The notes under the pieces are model-generated. The model was not told the DNA's origin. It ran no database searches and worked only from the letters and a program-made list of their open reading frames with translations. The position numbers were made by a program, and so were the translations under genes. 64,000 nucleotides of DNA from Mobula hypostoma. Taxonomy: Eukaryota. The stretch spans positions 87,732,001 through 87,796,000 of the forward strand of contig NC_086097.1 in assembly GCF_963921235.1 (NCBI RefSeq), given 5' to 3'. Positions 1 to 11,468 of this stretch are shown piece after piece. Each line of letters starts with the position of its first letter. Within the stretch, counting starts at the first letter, position 1.

Positions 1-200
1 TCACAGAAATATCTATGATTAAAGAGCATAGATGTAAGGTAGGGGTTGGGAGACTTAGAGGGTATTTGATGATGAACCTATTCATCCAGAGGGTTATTGA
101 AATCTGAAACACAATGTCTGAGAGTGAATTGGAGGCAGGTATTTTCTACTTTAGAAGGCCACAGGTTGTGCTAGAAAATGGGATTGATTATAGATGGGTA
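1..200 (+). mobile_element. Degenerate CR1 LINE 3' fragment
   Basis: Weak similarity to the CR1 3' ends elsewhere in the window (AGAGCATAG..TAAGGT, CCAGAGGGTT..AATCTGAAA). Confidence 0.4.
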
Positions 201-359
201 TTTGGTGACTGGTATATAGAAGATGAGCCAAAGTTCCTGTTTCTGCCCTCTGATTCTGATTGCAAGTTGAAATATAAGCAAGACTCTAACTGCTGGAGGA
301 ACTGAAGTCAGGTAGCATTAATGGAAGGGAGATAAACTATTGAAGTTTTGGGCCAAGTA

Positions 360-500
360 TTCTTCATGAATTGATGAGGGTATTGGCTAAAGTATTGACT
401 GTTTGTTTCCCTGCATTGATACTGCCTGACTTGCTGAGTTTCTGCTACGGTTTTTTGTGTGTTGCTCAAGACTTCCTGATCTGAAGAATCTCTTGTATCT
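360..500 (+). mobile_element. Penelope-derived terminal fragment (degenerate)
   Basis: TGATGAGGGTATTGGCT...GATACTGCCTGACTTGCTGAGTT...TTTTGTGTGTTGCT, the same motif as the end of the Penelope element at 28480-28580. Confidence 0.55.
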
Positions 501-2129
501 CCAAGCTGAAGTATGGCTTGAGTTCTGAGATAGACGTGTATTACTAAGCATCCCACTTCTAGCTGATCATGTTCTGATCATGTTGAATTAAGTAGAGAAA
601 TCAGTGGGTTGGAGTTGACTCCATTTTAAAGGACTTTATGCTCATCAGCACTTACTTCCTAAAGCAGCCAAAACAAAACTTATTTATCCACCTACTGAGC
701 AATGAGGGTTAAACTTTGATAGTCCTGTATGTCATTTACTCCTATTCAGTTATTCACTTCGTGGTTGGTAAGTCAGTTTGGCAGCTTGTAGCCCAAGCTA
801 TCCTCCAGGACACTGTTCAATCTTCCACCTTCTAAATTACAGATGAACCAGATGGATTATAATGTATTCCATACATAAAGCTTTCTGCTTGATACTTGTG
901 TTTATTGTAGTCGTGATGACTTGACCAGATGGGGTGGACAGAGTTACAAATTCAGATATTAAAGAGAAAAACAAATTGTCTACAGGAGTGGCCTTGACTG
1001 TTGAACCCAGAAAATCATCAGTATATGTAGTTTGTAGAGAGAGAGGGAGAGGGTTCCAAAACAAAGAAAATATAAAACGTACATCACCCCAGACTACACT
1101 AAAGTGTACCCCTACCTAATAGGGGTCAAAATAATGACAGTGTTGCTCGCTGTACTGTTTGTAACAGTGACTTTTCTATTGCCCATTGTGGGTTAAGACT
1201 GTAAAAGACATGTTGAGGTGAGTTTAACAGGTGTCATTGGTTCATTAGCATAGCTAACGTTATTTAAACTAGCTGGCTAGCTGCTCAGGAGTTCCTCTAA
1301 TGCAGACATTCCACCTCTCCCAGAAATCGATGGTGCTACCTCCCTGAAATGAGTTTTTGCAGGGTGGGATGTCTGTAGTCCTCTTGTGTGCACAGGTTCA
1401 AATATGCAGTTCGCTCTGGGTGAAGAAATTTCTTCTCAATTGACCTTGAATGGCCATTCCCTTACTTTGAAACTAAGCACTGGTTCTAGATGCCCCAAAC
1501 AGTGGAAACCACATGGCAGAATCTACCCTGTATGGATTTTAAGTTTCACTGAAATGCCTTTCATTCTTCTAAGCTTCAAAGAGAGTAACCTTTCCTCATA
1601 GGAAAATCCACCCAGCCCAGGAAGCAGTTTGACGAACTTCCTTTATTACAAGTATGTCCATGGATGGAGAGGCAGACACATATACAACATTGCAAGTTCA
1701 AGTGCAAATGTCTGTGCACATGTCTGTTCAATTGTTTTAAAGGCCAAGTAATATTTATCTTCCTAATTGCTTGCTGTAGTTTCATTCCCACTTAAAAAAA
1801 ATTAAAATATTTTCTCTACCAATATGGGCAACTATTAAGTTTTATAACAGTCTGTCCTTTACCTCTATCTCCACTTTGCATCTTGGCATGAACCACAGAA
1901 GTTGAAGGACACATTTAACAAGCAAATAAACTTCAGAATCTTAAGCTAGCTTGTAGATAAGTGAATATTGGGAAGGCGCAAAATGAGTAATGGATTTGCC
2001 TTTATTTATTGCCCTTTATTTATAAACCAATGATGTACACTTTTTGATATGTAGTGCTTCTTGCACATAAACATTCAGTCAGTTTGAGTACAGCAAGATG
2101 TTAAAAATATAAAGGTGTTGATAACCAGG

Positions 2130-2328
2130 ACTCACTTTTGTGAACTTCAGTTCTGAATGTTATTTGCTTACTTTTATTGTCGCATGATTTGGTTTCTATG
2201 CATTGGCTGTTTGATGGTGTTCTTTTTTAATGGGTTCAATTGTTTTTTTATTTGTGGCTGTCTGTAAGATGAATTTCAAGGTTGTATATAGTTTACATAC
2301 TTTGATAATAAATGTACTTTGAACTTTA
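2130..2328 (+). mobile_element. LINE 3' UTR/tail (Rex-Babar-like)
   Basis: Ends TACTTTGATAATAAATGTACTTTGAACTTT, the same tail as the Rex-Babar fragments at 19365 (-) and 51620 (+). Confidence 0.55.
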
Positions 2329-2672
2329 GTTTTCCTTTCAATCCCAATTGACATGCCAGGTCGTATTATTTGAGTGCTTTATACAAAGGATGGCATCTCC
2401 AACAGTACAGGGCCCACGGAGAGTGCAGTCTAAATTTTCATGCTAAATTCTCTGGAATGGAGCTTGAACTCTGAATTTTCTGATATGGACAAGAGCGCTG
2501 CCAAACTGAGCCACAGCTGACCTAAATCAATAAAATGGAGGAAGACAGAGAAAGTATTCAGCCAAAAGGGAGGGGGGAGAAAAAGGAATCTGTATGCATA
2601 ATTGAACTCTCAGTTGCCAAGAGCATTCTGGTCACTGTAGGATCAAAAATAAGATTTCTCTCTTGTATTGAT

Positions 2673-3630
2673 TGTTACGTACCTCGTAACTGGGTTGCCA
2701 AACCAGCAGAAATGGATCACTCAGTTGGAGTCTGGATTACTAGAACTAAGAAAGTTTTATTAAAGAAACAAGCAACACAGTAATCGAAAGGATAATAAAT
2801 GCAACAGTTCAGCAATGATAAACACACATGTGCACAGAATTAAGATAACAGCATCAATCAAGCTCTATCGTTGTCTAGGGGCAAATGACCAATTTCAAAG
2901 TGACACAAAAGTCCAGTTCGAGTTAGTTCAATTCGCAGTAATCGTTGCCATGGCGATGGACAACGTGGGTGTGGGGAGGGAGAGAGAGAACGAGAACGAC
3001 TGATCATTCAGAAACGGCTTCCACTCACAGACCTGCGATATTGCTCACAAGCAGCTTTCGGGCGGGTCCTTTGTGATGTCACCTGAGGTCACCGACTGTG
3101 ACCCCTCCTCCAGATGCGGTCGATCCTCTGCAGTGAACCCGGCACCCAAGCGAGGGTGGACACACACCGCGTTCCCGCTGATCGTACCTTTCCACCCTGT
3201 GTGTTTAAGATCCGGTACTTCCCACCGACTCGTGAGAGGCGCACCGCTTCCAGGGTCTCGTTACCTAGGGTGTCGTGTGTGTCCTGCCTTAGCAAACCTG
3301 TCCCTTTTTATCCCCCTGCTGGGGTATCGCCTGTCCATCACTTCAAACAGTTCAGGGTTCAAAGGGGGAGCCGCTCCAGACAGCTCTCTCTCCCACGTCC
3401 CTTCATTACACATCTCCAGATCGCCTGTCCATCACTTCAAACAGTTCAGGGTTCAAAGGGGGAGCCGCTCTAGATAGCTCTCTCTCCCGTCCCTTCATTA
3501 CACATCTCCAGATGCTGCTTCATTGCTCCTTATCTCTCCTTCCCCTGAGGACAGGTGGCAGACCACTGCTGATGCCACTGATGCTAGCCCAGGCCAGCAA
3601 ACATCTTAATTTATGTGTATTCTCGTCACA
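2673..3630 (-). mobile_element. Solo LTR, probably Gypsy-type
   Basis: TG...CA termini with short inverted ends (TGTTACG / CGTCACA), 4-bp TSD TGAT (2669-2672, 3631-3634), minus-strand AATAAA near 2756, GC/CpG richer than the flanks. Confidence 0.85.
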
Positions 3631-3729
3631 TGATATATCAAAATCTTAAACATTTTTATAAGCCATTCTTTTAACTGCATCAGGTGCATGCAAGCAGCCT
3701 GCATCCAGGAGATCTGAGGAAACCTATAG

Positions 3730-4025
3730 TGGCTGAGCTAAGTACCAGAGGGCACAGCCTCAGAATAGAGAGACATCTATTTGCAATGGAGATGAGAAGA
3801 AATTTGTTTAGCTAGAGGGTCATGAATCTGTGGAATTCATTGCTACAGGCTGCTGTGAGGTGAAGTCGTTGAGTATAGTTAAAGCAGAGCTTGATAGGTT
3901 CTCAGGGGGTCAAAGGTTACAGGGAGAAAGTGGGATAATGAGGTTGAGAAGGACAATAAATAAGCCATAACGGAAAATCAGACTCGAACTGAGTGGCCTA
4001 ATTCTGCTCCTCTGTCTTATGGTCA
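3730..4025 (+). mobile_element. CR1 LINE 3' fragment
   Basis: AGAGGGCACAGCCTCAGAATA...GAATCTGTGGAATTC...GGCCTAATTCTGCTCCT..TCTTATGGTC, matching the 3' end of the CR1 at 29014-29320. Confidence 0.75.
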
Positions 4026-5185
4026 ATCTGTGTAAGTGGCGGTTTTATAGGCTTGTTATTAAGGTACAGCTTTTGTGCAGAGAAAAACTTCAAGGAATGA
4101 AATGGGTTGGGATCACAGACTTGGTAAAAGTTGTAGCACATTCAACCAACTTCATGTCTAGCCAACCACCGCTCCTCTTTATTTGTACTAACATAAAATG
4201 AAACCATACTGCAAGACGACAGAAGGGAGAAGCTGGCTAGCAACATTGATTCTCAGAAAGCACTGAGTAGTATTGGCATTAGAGTTCATACTGTTGAAAA
4301 TCCGTAAAAATCTTGCAGTGCAAGTTTTGTAATGAAGCGTTGTTGATTTAAAGAGGTTTCTTGCATGTCACAGTTGTTGTATTGTACAGCAAAGATTATG
4401 CCAGAATCCTTGAGAACTCTTCAATTCAAGATTGTGATGTTGGTAACGTAGAGCTTTATTTCATGGGGCTTCATGTATCGTAAAAAACTGCATCATTTCA
4501 ACTTGGCTTATTTGCTAGAGGTATAGCAAAATTAACAACAGGCAGTAGAGGTATCAGACCACACTCATTCAATGAACCCGTAGATTTTTATTATTTGCTC
4601 TATCCTGAAAACAAATTTTCAAGTGCCCTTGCTCTGGTAATCCATGTTCTTCAATTTTCTAGATTCCCACATTGAGCTAGTTTTCTTACCAGATCTGAGA
4701 CAAGCTGTGGATCCATAGATACAGACATTCTGTCAGAGCTGTCAATAACCACAGTCCAACTTCAAGTTCAGTTTATCTGACCCCTATATTTTGATGTTTC
4801 CTGCAATGGTGTAAGATTCTGGTTTATTTACATCTCTCAAATTCAAGTCCAGTAAAAGTTACCAGATTTTGTTTAGAAAAAGGAATCCTATCCAGGTTTA
4901 AATTATTTCATAATTCTTTATGTTAACTTCTCCATGGCTGATAGCTGCAAAGAAAATGGTGGTTCATTTCTTAGTGATCTCTTAGAGTATTGTTAAAAAG
5001 CATTCCTTTGAACCAAATCCTGCCATGATCCTGATTTTTTTTTTCATAGTCATACTTTATTGATCCTGGGGGAAATAGGTTTTCGTTACAGTTGCACCAT
5101 AATTTTTTTTGACCCGACATGGATGTACTTGATAATGGGGACCATTGATGTTCCCTGGTTCACTTAAACTCCATTCATTTTCTTG

Positions 5186-5492
5186 GACAGCAGAGTGGTG
5201 GAGCTGCTGCCTTGCAGCTCAGCCGACGTCGATTCAGTCCTGACCTCTGGTACCATCTGTATGAAGTGTGTGTGCTCTCCCTGTGACCATGTGGGTTTGC
5301 TCAGCATGCTCCTCTTTCCTCCCACATCCCAAAGGTGTGCAGCATTGTAGGTTAAATGTCCACAGGCACTAGTGTGTAGTTGAATGGTAGAAGGTGGAGC
5401 TGGTGGCAATGTAGTGATTTAAAAACTGGGATTAATGCAAATCGCTGCTTTATGCTTCATGGTGGACTAAAGAGCCTGTTTCCATGTTGTCT
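5186..5492 (+). mobile_element. tRNA-derived V-SINE (HE1-like)
   Basis: Degenerate A/B boxes followed by the V-domain CTCTCCCTGTGACCATGTGGGTTT...TTCCTCCCACATCCCAAAG and a CR1-like tail. Confidence 0.7.
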
Positions 5493-6114
5493 ACCTTTCT
5501 CATTTAATGATTCTTGTGTTTTCTGACCCAAAACAAGCTTTTAGCACATGCTATTTGTTTAACTAAAAGCTTATGCTATTAGTTAACCAAATATTTTAAT
5601 CTTTTTATTTGATTACCTTCAACATTGGACTAGTATCTTTCTCATTCCTGCTATCTGTCCCAAAAAAGTTAGGATAATTGATATCCATCCCAAATAAAAT
5701 TAAAAGTCTCTTGTAAGCTATAGCAACAGAAAGCCATGATTTGGTAGCATGGAAGGCCATGCATATTATATCTGCTGGCCGTGTTGTGGTACAGGAAATC
5801 AGTGTTTTGTCAGCAGTGTATTCCTTGGTGTATTTGCCAATTAACCTTCACATTGCCCAATGCTAATAGGTCTGATTATAAGCTAGGCCCTTGAAGGCCT
5901 GTAGGTGATTTAATTGCTCTTGATTTGTTCATTCTTTGAAGAGAGTACATACACTTGTTGCAAAATAAAATTCGAGATGATTTTTGACTCATTAGCTGGC
6001 AAGCAAGACATTTAGTTACCTGCCTTTTAATTAAGTTTCATTATGTCTAATGTGAGTAACTGAATATTTTAATTTGCATCTGAAGTTTTTGAAGACATAG
6101 GTGCTGGAATTAGG

Positions 6115-6285
6115 AGCAAAGAACAGACTTGCAGAAACTCAATAGGCCAAGCAGCATCCGTAAAAATCAGCATTTCAGGTGGAGACTGCGTTAGGGTAGG
6201 CACAGGGTCTGGATCTGAAACGTTGACCATCCCTTTGCCTTCAAAGATAATGCCTGCCGTACATTTCCTTCAGAAATTGGCATTC
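6115..6285 (+). mobile_element. Penelope-derived palindromic mini-element (old)
   Basis: Left arm GCAGAAACTCAATAGGCCAAGCAGCATC is the reverse complement of the Penelope end motif; centre GGGTCTGGATCTGAAACGTTGAC. Confidence 0.5.
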
Positions 6286-7199
6286 CTTTTTCCAACTGAC
6301 AGATCTTGGATTAATGCCTGCAGTTTTTTTTACTGTATTAGGCTTTGATACTTAACCTGTAAACCTCAAAAATTAGGATATGATTTGAATATATGCATGG
6401 AAAAATACATCATAGGCTGAATTTAACATTTGCAATATTCCTCCTCACCTGTACCTCCCTCCTTAATTTTCTTCCACTCATCAATTCCCACTTCCACTCA
6501 TTTGGCCACACTCTCCATTTCCCTTTCACTCTGACACATCGTTCTTCCCTTTCTTGTTCACCCCCCCACCCCCACATTTCTCCATTGTAGGAAGTGGGGA
6601 ATTCTTAAGACCAGTGGCTACTGAGTAGCTAGAGAAAACAGGGACATAGTAAGTGACAAACAAGATGGTTGTGTTGGCTTTAGCAAGTGAGCATTTTTTT
6701 TAGTATTACATTACCTTATGGATTGTTTTGAGGTGAACTGGCTGAGCAGTGAGATCATTTAACACTTCCTTCCCCTGCCAGCTCAAAATTGTATGATTGA
6801 GCTGGAATGTTTCCTGTATTATAGCAATGACTGCACTTCAAAAGTTTGAAGGTTTGGGACCTCCTGAGACCGCGAAACCATTATGCAAATGCAAGCCACT
6901 TTTTAAAATTGAGTAAGTATTCTTACCTTGAAGATTTTTGAGCTACGTGGATAGCTCTGGTTATATTCTAAATGTCTTCCAGTTTGCTGCAACGTCACTG
7001 ACTTTAAAATGGGAGCGTCAACTGTAATTTGCTCAATTACTCAATTGGCTAAACCCAGAGATGTTAATGGCAATTCTAGTCAACTGCTGACCCATTAACT
7101 CAAAATTGCAATGGGAAGTTCCTGACAGGACCACTGGGATTAGGAAATTGAATTTTTTTTATCCTTGTAAAACACAAAAAAGACATTTTTGATGTTGAG

Positions 7200-7435
7200 C
7201 CCCGTCTTTCAGTAATCAACTACCCAGCACTTTAATTCATCCCTTTCCCCTTCTGATTTCACCTATCAACTTGTGGTTTTTCCTTCCTCCCCTGCCCCCC
7301 CCCCACCACTTTCTTATTCTGACTCCTCATCGTTTTCCCCAGTCCTGATGAAGGGTATCGGCCCAAAACGTTAACTGTACTCTTTTCCATAGATGCTGCC
7401 TGCCTCCTGAGTTCCTCCAGCATTTTGTGTGTTTT
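7200..7435 (+). mobile_element. Penelope-like element 3' end with decayed hammerhead motif
   Basis: Pyrimidine-rich tract, then CAGTCCTGATGAAGGGTATCGGCCCAAAACGTTAACTG and GATGCTGCCTGCCTCCTGAGTTCCTCCAGCATTTTGTGTG. Confidence 0.75.
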
Positions 7436-8842
7436 ACAGTGTTGTAATTCGGCTTCTGGTTTTTAATAGAATTGTGTAGAAAGCCCAGAGTCTTTCACAT
7501 TCGCTGTGTGGAAAGTAATGCTGGAAAATACTGGCAAAAATAAGCATTGTGGTGTAATTCTGATTTTGAGATTTTTTTGGAATGCTCTCCTGCTTAGGGT
7601 GTTGGAGGTAAAAGTCATTAGAAGTAGCTAAAGTGGAGCTGGATAAATATTTGAAAGATGAAGGAATTGACGGTTATGGGGAATGGGCCGTATGACTCGG
7701 TTGGTCATTGCTGCCATCTGATGCAGTCATGTTTTAATTCTCTATCAAACTCGTTCTGGTCCTGAACCCCTTTCTCCTCAAAGGTGCATAAATGTGTCAG
7801 TACCATCTGCTCCATCCAGTGCACATGGCATATTTAGGCAGTTGGATGATGTGGAACACACCTAACGAAAGAATTAAAAGGTCACTGGAAATAGGATGAA
7901 AGATTACGCACAAATTCCCTTCCAAATGTTCAGTACAACTGTGGCGTGCATCTTTGCTGTAACCTACTGTTAATTTATTTCTATTATTCTATTTGTGCAT
8001 CTGTTGTTGAATATCTTCATGCCCCATATTTAGGACTCCCTACTGGTGCTAATGCTTTTTCATATCCTTCTTGAATACCTTCATACTTTTGAAGCCATCT
8101 GCTTCCTTGTCATTAACTTTTCGTGGAGATCCAACCTTTCCTGATTGTTGGCTTCATTCGTTTCTGGCCACATCTTTGTAAGTTTTTGCTGCACTTTATG
8201 TGCTTCAATTTGTTTTCCAAAAGAACTGCCTAGTTCTCCATCTGTGGCCAGTTGAATTTTTAATTATACTTAGTATCGCTTCTTTCTTGTGGATTATTTT
8301 ACTCTAGAAATAATTTTGAACTTTCCACACTTATATTCCTGCCATTGATAATTATTTTTTTGGTTTGACAAGTCACTTTACTTTTTTGTATCATGTCTCA
8401 CCTGAAAGCATCTTGCACTCTGCAGGACTCCATCAGTCCCTTGCTAGATGTCAGCTTTGATTTTATGCTTGGGTCCCTGAATCAGAATTTCAACGTGCGA
8501 TCTTCGAAGCTGGGTCACTGCTAACACTGTAATGGTGTGTCCTTCAAAAGTTCACAGGATCACTCTATGATGTTTAGACTTTTTCATTGCCTTCTCTCCA
8601 AAATACTTGTGCTAGCTTTGTTTTGCTGTAGGTTTCAGTCCATTGAGTCCAATCCTGATTTTTTTTCCCCCCTCGATATACTTGGGTGCAAATCATTTAT
8701 GTTTATATGACTGCTTTAGGACTTTATCCCAGAGAGCTTTCACTTGATGGCACTTAAGATGGAAATAGAAAGTGAAATAATTCTTTATTTCCTAACACTT
8801 TATGGTGTAATGAGAAATTAATATCACAATTCTCTCTCCTTT

Positions 8843-10862
8843 ACCATAGCATTGGAGAGGGATAGGAACAGATAAGTTAGGGAAACGTTTAATTGGAGTA
8901 AGAGGAAATACAAGACTATCAGGCGGGAATTTGGAAGCATAAATTGGAAACAGATGTTCTCAGGGAAACATACGGAAGAGATGTGGCAAATGTTCAGGGG
9001 ATATTTGCGTGGGGTTCTGTGTAGGTATGTTCCAATGAGGCAGGTACAAGATCCGTGGTGTACAAAGGCTGTTGTAAATCTAGTCAAGAAGAAAAGAAGG
9101 GCTTACAAAAGGTTCAAAAAACTAGCTAATGATAGGAATCTAGAAGATTATAAGGCTAGCAGGAAGGAGCTTAAGAAGGAAATTAGGAGAGCCAGAAGGG
9201 GCCATGAGAAGGCATTGGCAGACATCATCAATGAGGACGGGAGAGGTTCCGAAGGATTGAAGGGTTGTGGATGTTATTCCCGTATACAAGAAAGGGAGTA
9301 GGAATAGCCCAGGAAATTATAGACCAGTGAGTCTTACTTCAGTGGTTGGTAAGTTGATGGAGAAGATCCTGAGAGGCAGGATTTATGAACATTTGGAGAG
9401 GCATAATATGATTAGGAATAGTCAGCATGGCTTTTTCAAAGGCAGGCCATGCCTTACGAGCCTGATTGAATTTTTTGAGGATGTGACTAAACACATTGAT
9501 GAAGGTAAAGCCATAGATATAGTGTATATGGATTTTAGCAAGGCATTTGATAAGGTACTCCATGCAAGGCATATTGAGAAAGTAAGGAGACATGAGATCC
9601 AAGGGGACATTGCTTTGTGGATCCAGAACTGGCTTGCCCACAGAAGGCACAGAGTGGTTGTAGACGAGTCATATCCTGCATGGAGGCCGGTGACCAGTGG
9701 TGTGCCTCAGGGATCTGTTGTAGGACCCCTACTCTTTGTGATTTTTATAAATGACCTGGATGAGGAAGTGGAGGGACAGGTTAGTAAATTTGCTGATAAC
9801 ACAAAAGTTGGGGGTGTTGTGGATAGTGTGGAGGGCTGTCAGATGTTACAGTGGGACATTGATAGGTTGCAAAACTGGGCTGAGAAGTGGCAGATGGAGT
9901 TCAACCCAGATAAGTGTGAATTGAATTTAAAAACGCAAACACGAGGAAATCTGCAGATGCTGGAATTTCAAGCAACACACATAAAAATTGCTGTTGAACG
10001 CAGCAGGCCAGGCAGCATCTATAGCTATAGATCTATAGATGCTGCCTGGCCTGCTGCGTTCAACAGCAATTTTTATGTGTGGCCTTAAGTGTGAGGAGGT
10101 TCATGATGGTAGGTCAAATATCATGGCAGAATATGGCTTTAATGGTGAGGCTCTTGGCAGTGTGGAGGATCAGAGGGATCTTGGGGTCCGAGTCCATAGG
10201 ACACTCAAAGCAACTACACAGGTTGACTCTGTGGTTAAGAAGGCATATGGTACATTGGCCTTCATCAATCGTGGGATTGAGTTTAAGAGCCAAGAGGTAA
10301 TGTTGCTGCTATATAGGACCTTGGTCAGACCTCACTATGAGTGCTGTGCTCAATTCTGGTTGCCTCACTACAGGAAGGATGTGGAAACCATAGAAAGGGT
10401 GCAGAGGAGATTGCCTGGATTGGGGAGCATGCCTTATGAGAATAGTTTGAGTGAACTTGGCCTTTTCTTGGAGTGACGGAGGATGAGAGGTGACCTGATA
10501 GAGGTGTACAAGATAATGAGAGGCACTGATCATGTGGATAGTCCACACGAAGCTTTTCCCCAGGGCTGAAATGGCTAGCAGGAGAGGGCATAGTTTTAAG
10601 GTGCTTGGAAGTAGGTACAGAGGAGATGTCAGGGTTAAGTTATTTTTACGCAGAGAATGGTGAGTGCGTGGAATGGGCTGCCGGCGGCTGTGGCGGAGAC
10701 AGACACGATAGGTTCTTTTAAGAGACTCCTGAATGGCTACATGGCGCTTAGAAAAATAGAGGGCTATGGATAAAGCCCAGGTAGTTATAAGGTAGGGACA
10801 TGTTCAGCACAGCTTTGTGGGCCGAATGTCCTGTATTGTGCAGTATGTTTTCTATGTTTCTA
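8843..10862 (+). mobile_element. CR1 LINE, 5'-truncated and internally deleted, interrupted by a palindromic insert at 9920-10085
   Basis: RT motifs PGNYRPVSLTS, SQHGF, YMDFSKAFDKV, SGVPQGSVVGP, KFADN; C-terminal LVRPHYE; (TTCTATGT) tail. Confidence 0.92.
9920..10085. mobile_element. Penelope-derived palindromic insertion with 9-bp TSD
   Basis: TSD TAAGTGTGA at 9911-9919 and 10086-10094; perfect 49-bp inverted arms at 9976-10024 and 10033-10081. Confidence 0.85.
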
Positions 10863-11096
10863 ATAAGTATTGATTATTATTGCAGACTCAACTTAAGCCA
10901 TGACCATTGGAAACCATTAACCATTAGAAAGAAAATTGGGTATAGTAACCTTGTGGGTGAGCCTAGAGGCCTGGACTAATGTGAAGTATGACTTCAAATC
11001 CGCTAATGTTACTCAAATTTAAGTTCAGTTAACCGAATACACCAAGAATATTAAAACAAATGCTTGGGTCAGTAACAGTGACCTATATTACTGATA

Positions 11097-11294
11097 TGGG
11101 TGCCATTGGCAAATCTACTTTTACTTGCCAACAAAAAAAGGAGCTGGAAAAGCTCAGTGGGTCACCTTCTGATGAAAGGACTCGATCTGAAGCATCAACT
11201 GTCCACTTACCTCAATAGATGTTGCTTGATCAGCTGAGTTCTTCCAGCTCCTTTCTGTGTTGGGCAGTAAAAGTAGCTTTGCCAATGGCACCCA
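11097..11294. repeat. Inverted repeat (about 60-bp arms) around a decayed hammerhead-like Penelope motif
   Basis: TGGGTGCCATTGGCAAATCTACTTTTACT...GGAGCTGGAA..CTCAG pairs with CTGAG..TTCCAGCTCC...AGTAAAAGTAGCTTTGCCAATGGCACCCA; the loop has CTGATGAAAGG. Confidence 0.8.
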
Positions 11295-11468
11295 GATGTT
11301 GTGAAGATATCACCATAACACATTTAAATTAAACAAATGTGAAAATTACCTGGATTAACACCAATGTTTTTATTTCTCTTGACCAATGGCCAGTGGTCTA
11401 ATTCTTTCTAATTTACGTCCCCTATATTGCTTAGCATTTCAATTATTCAGATTCATTGCCAGTAGTCA

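Noticed and set aside
3073..3477. Overlapping 119-134 aa ORFs
   Set aside because: They lie inside a GC-rich solo LTR and include its tandem repeat; no protein motif
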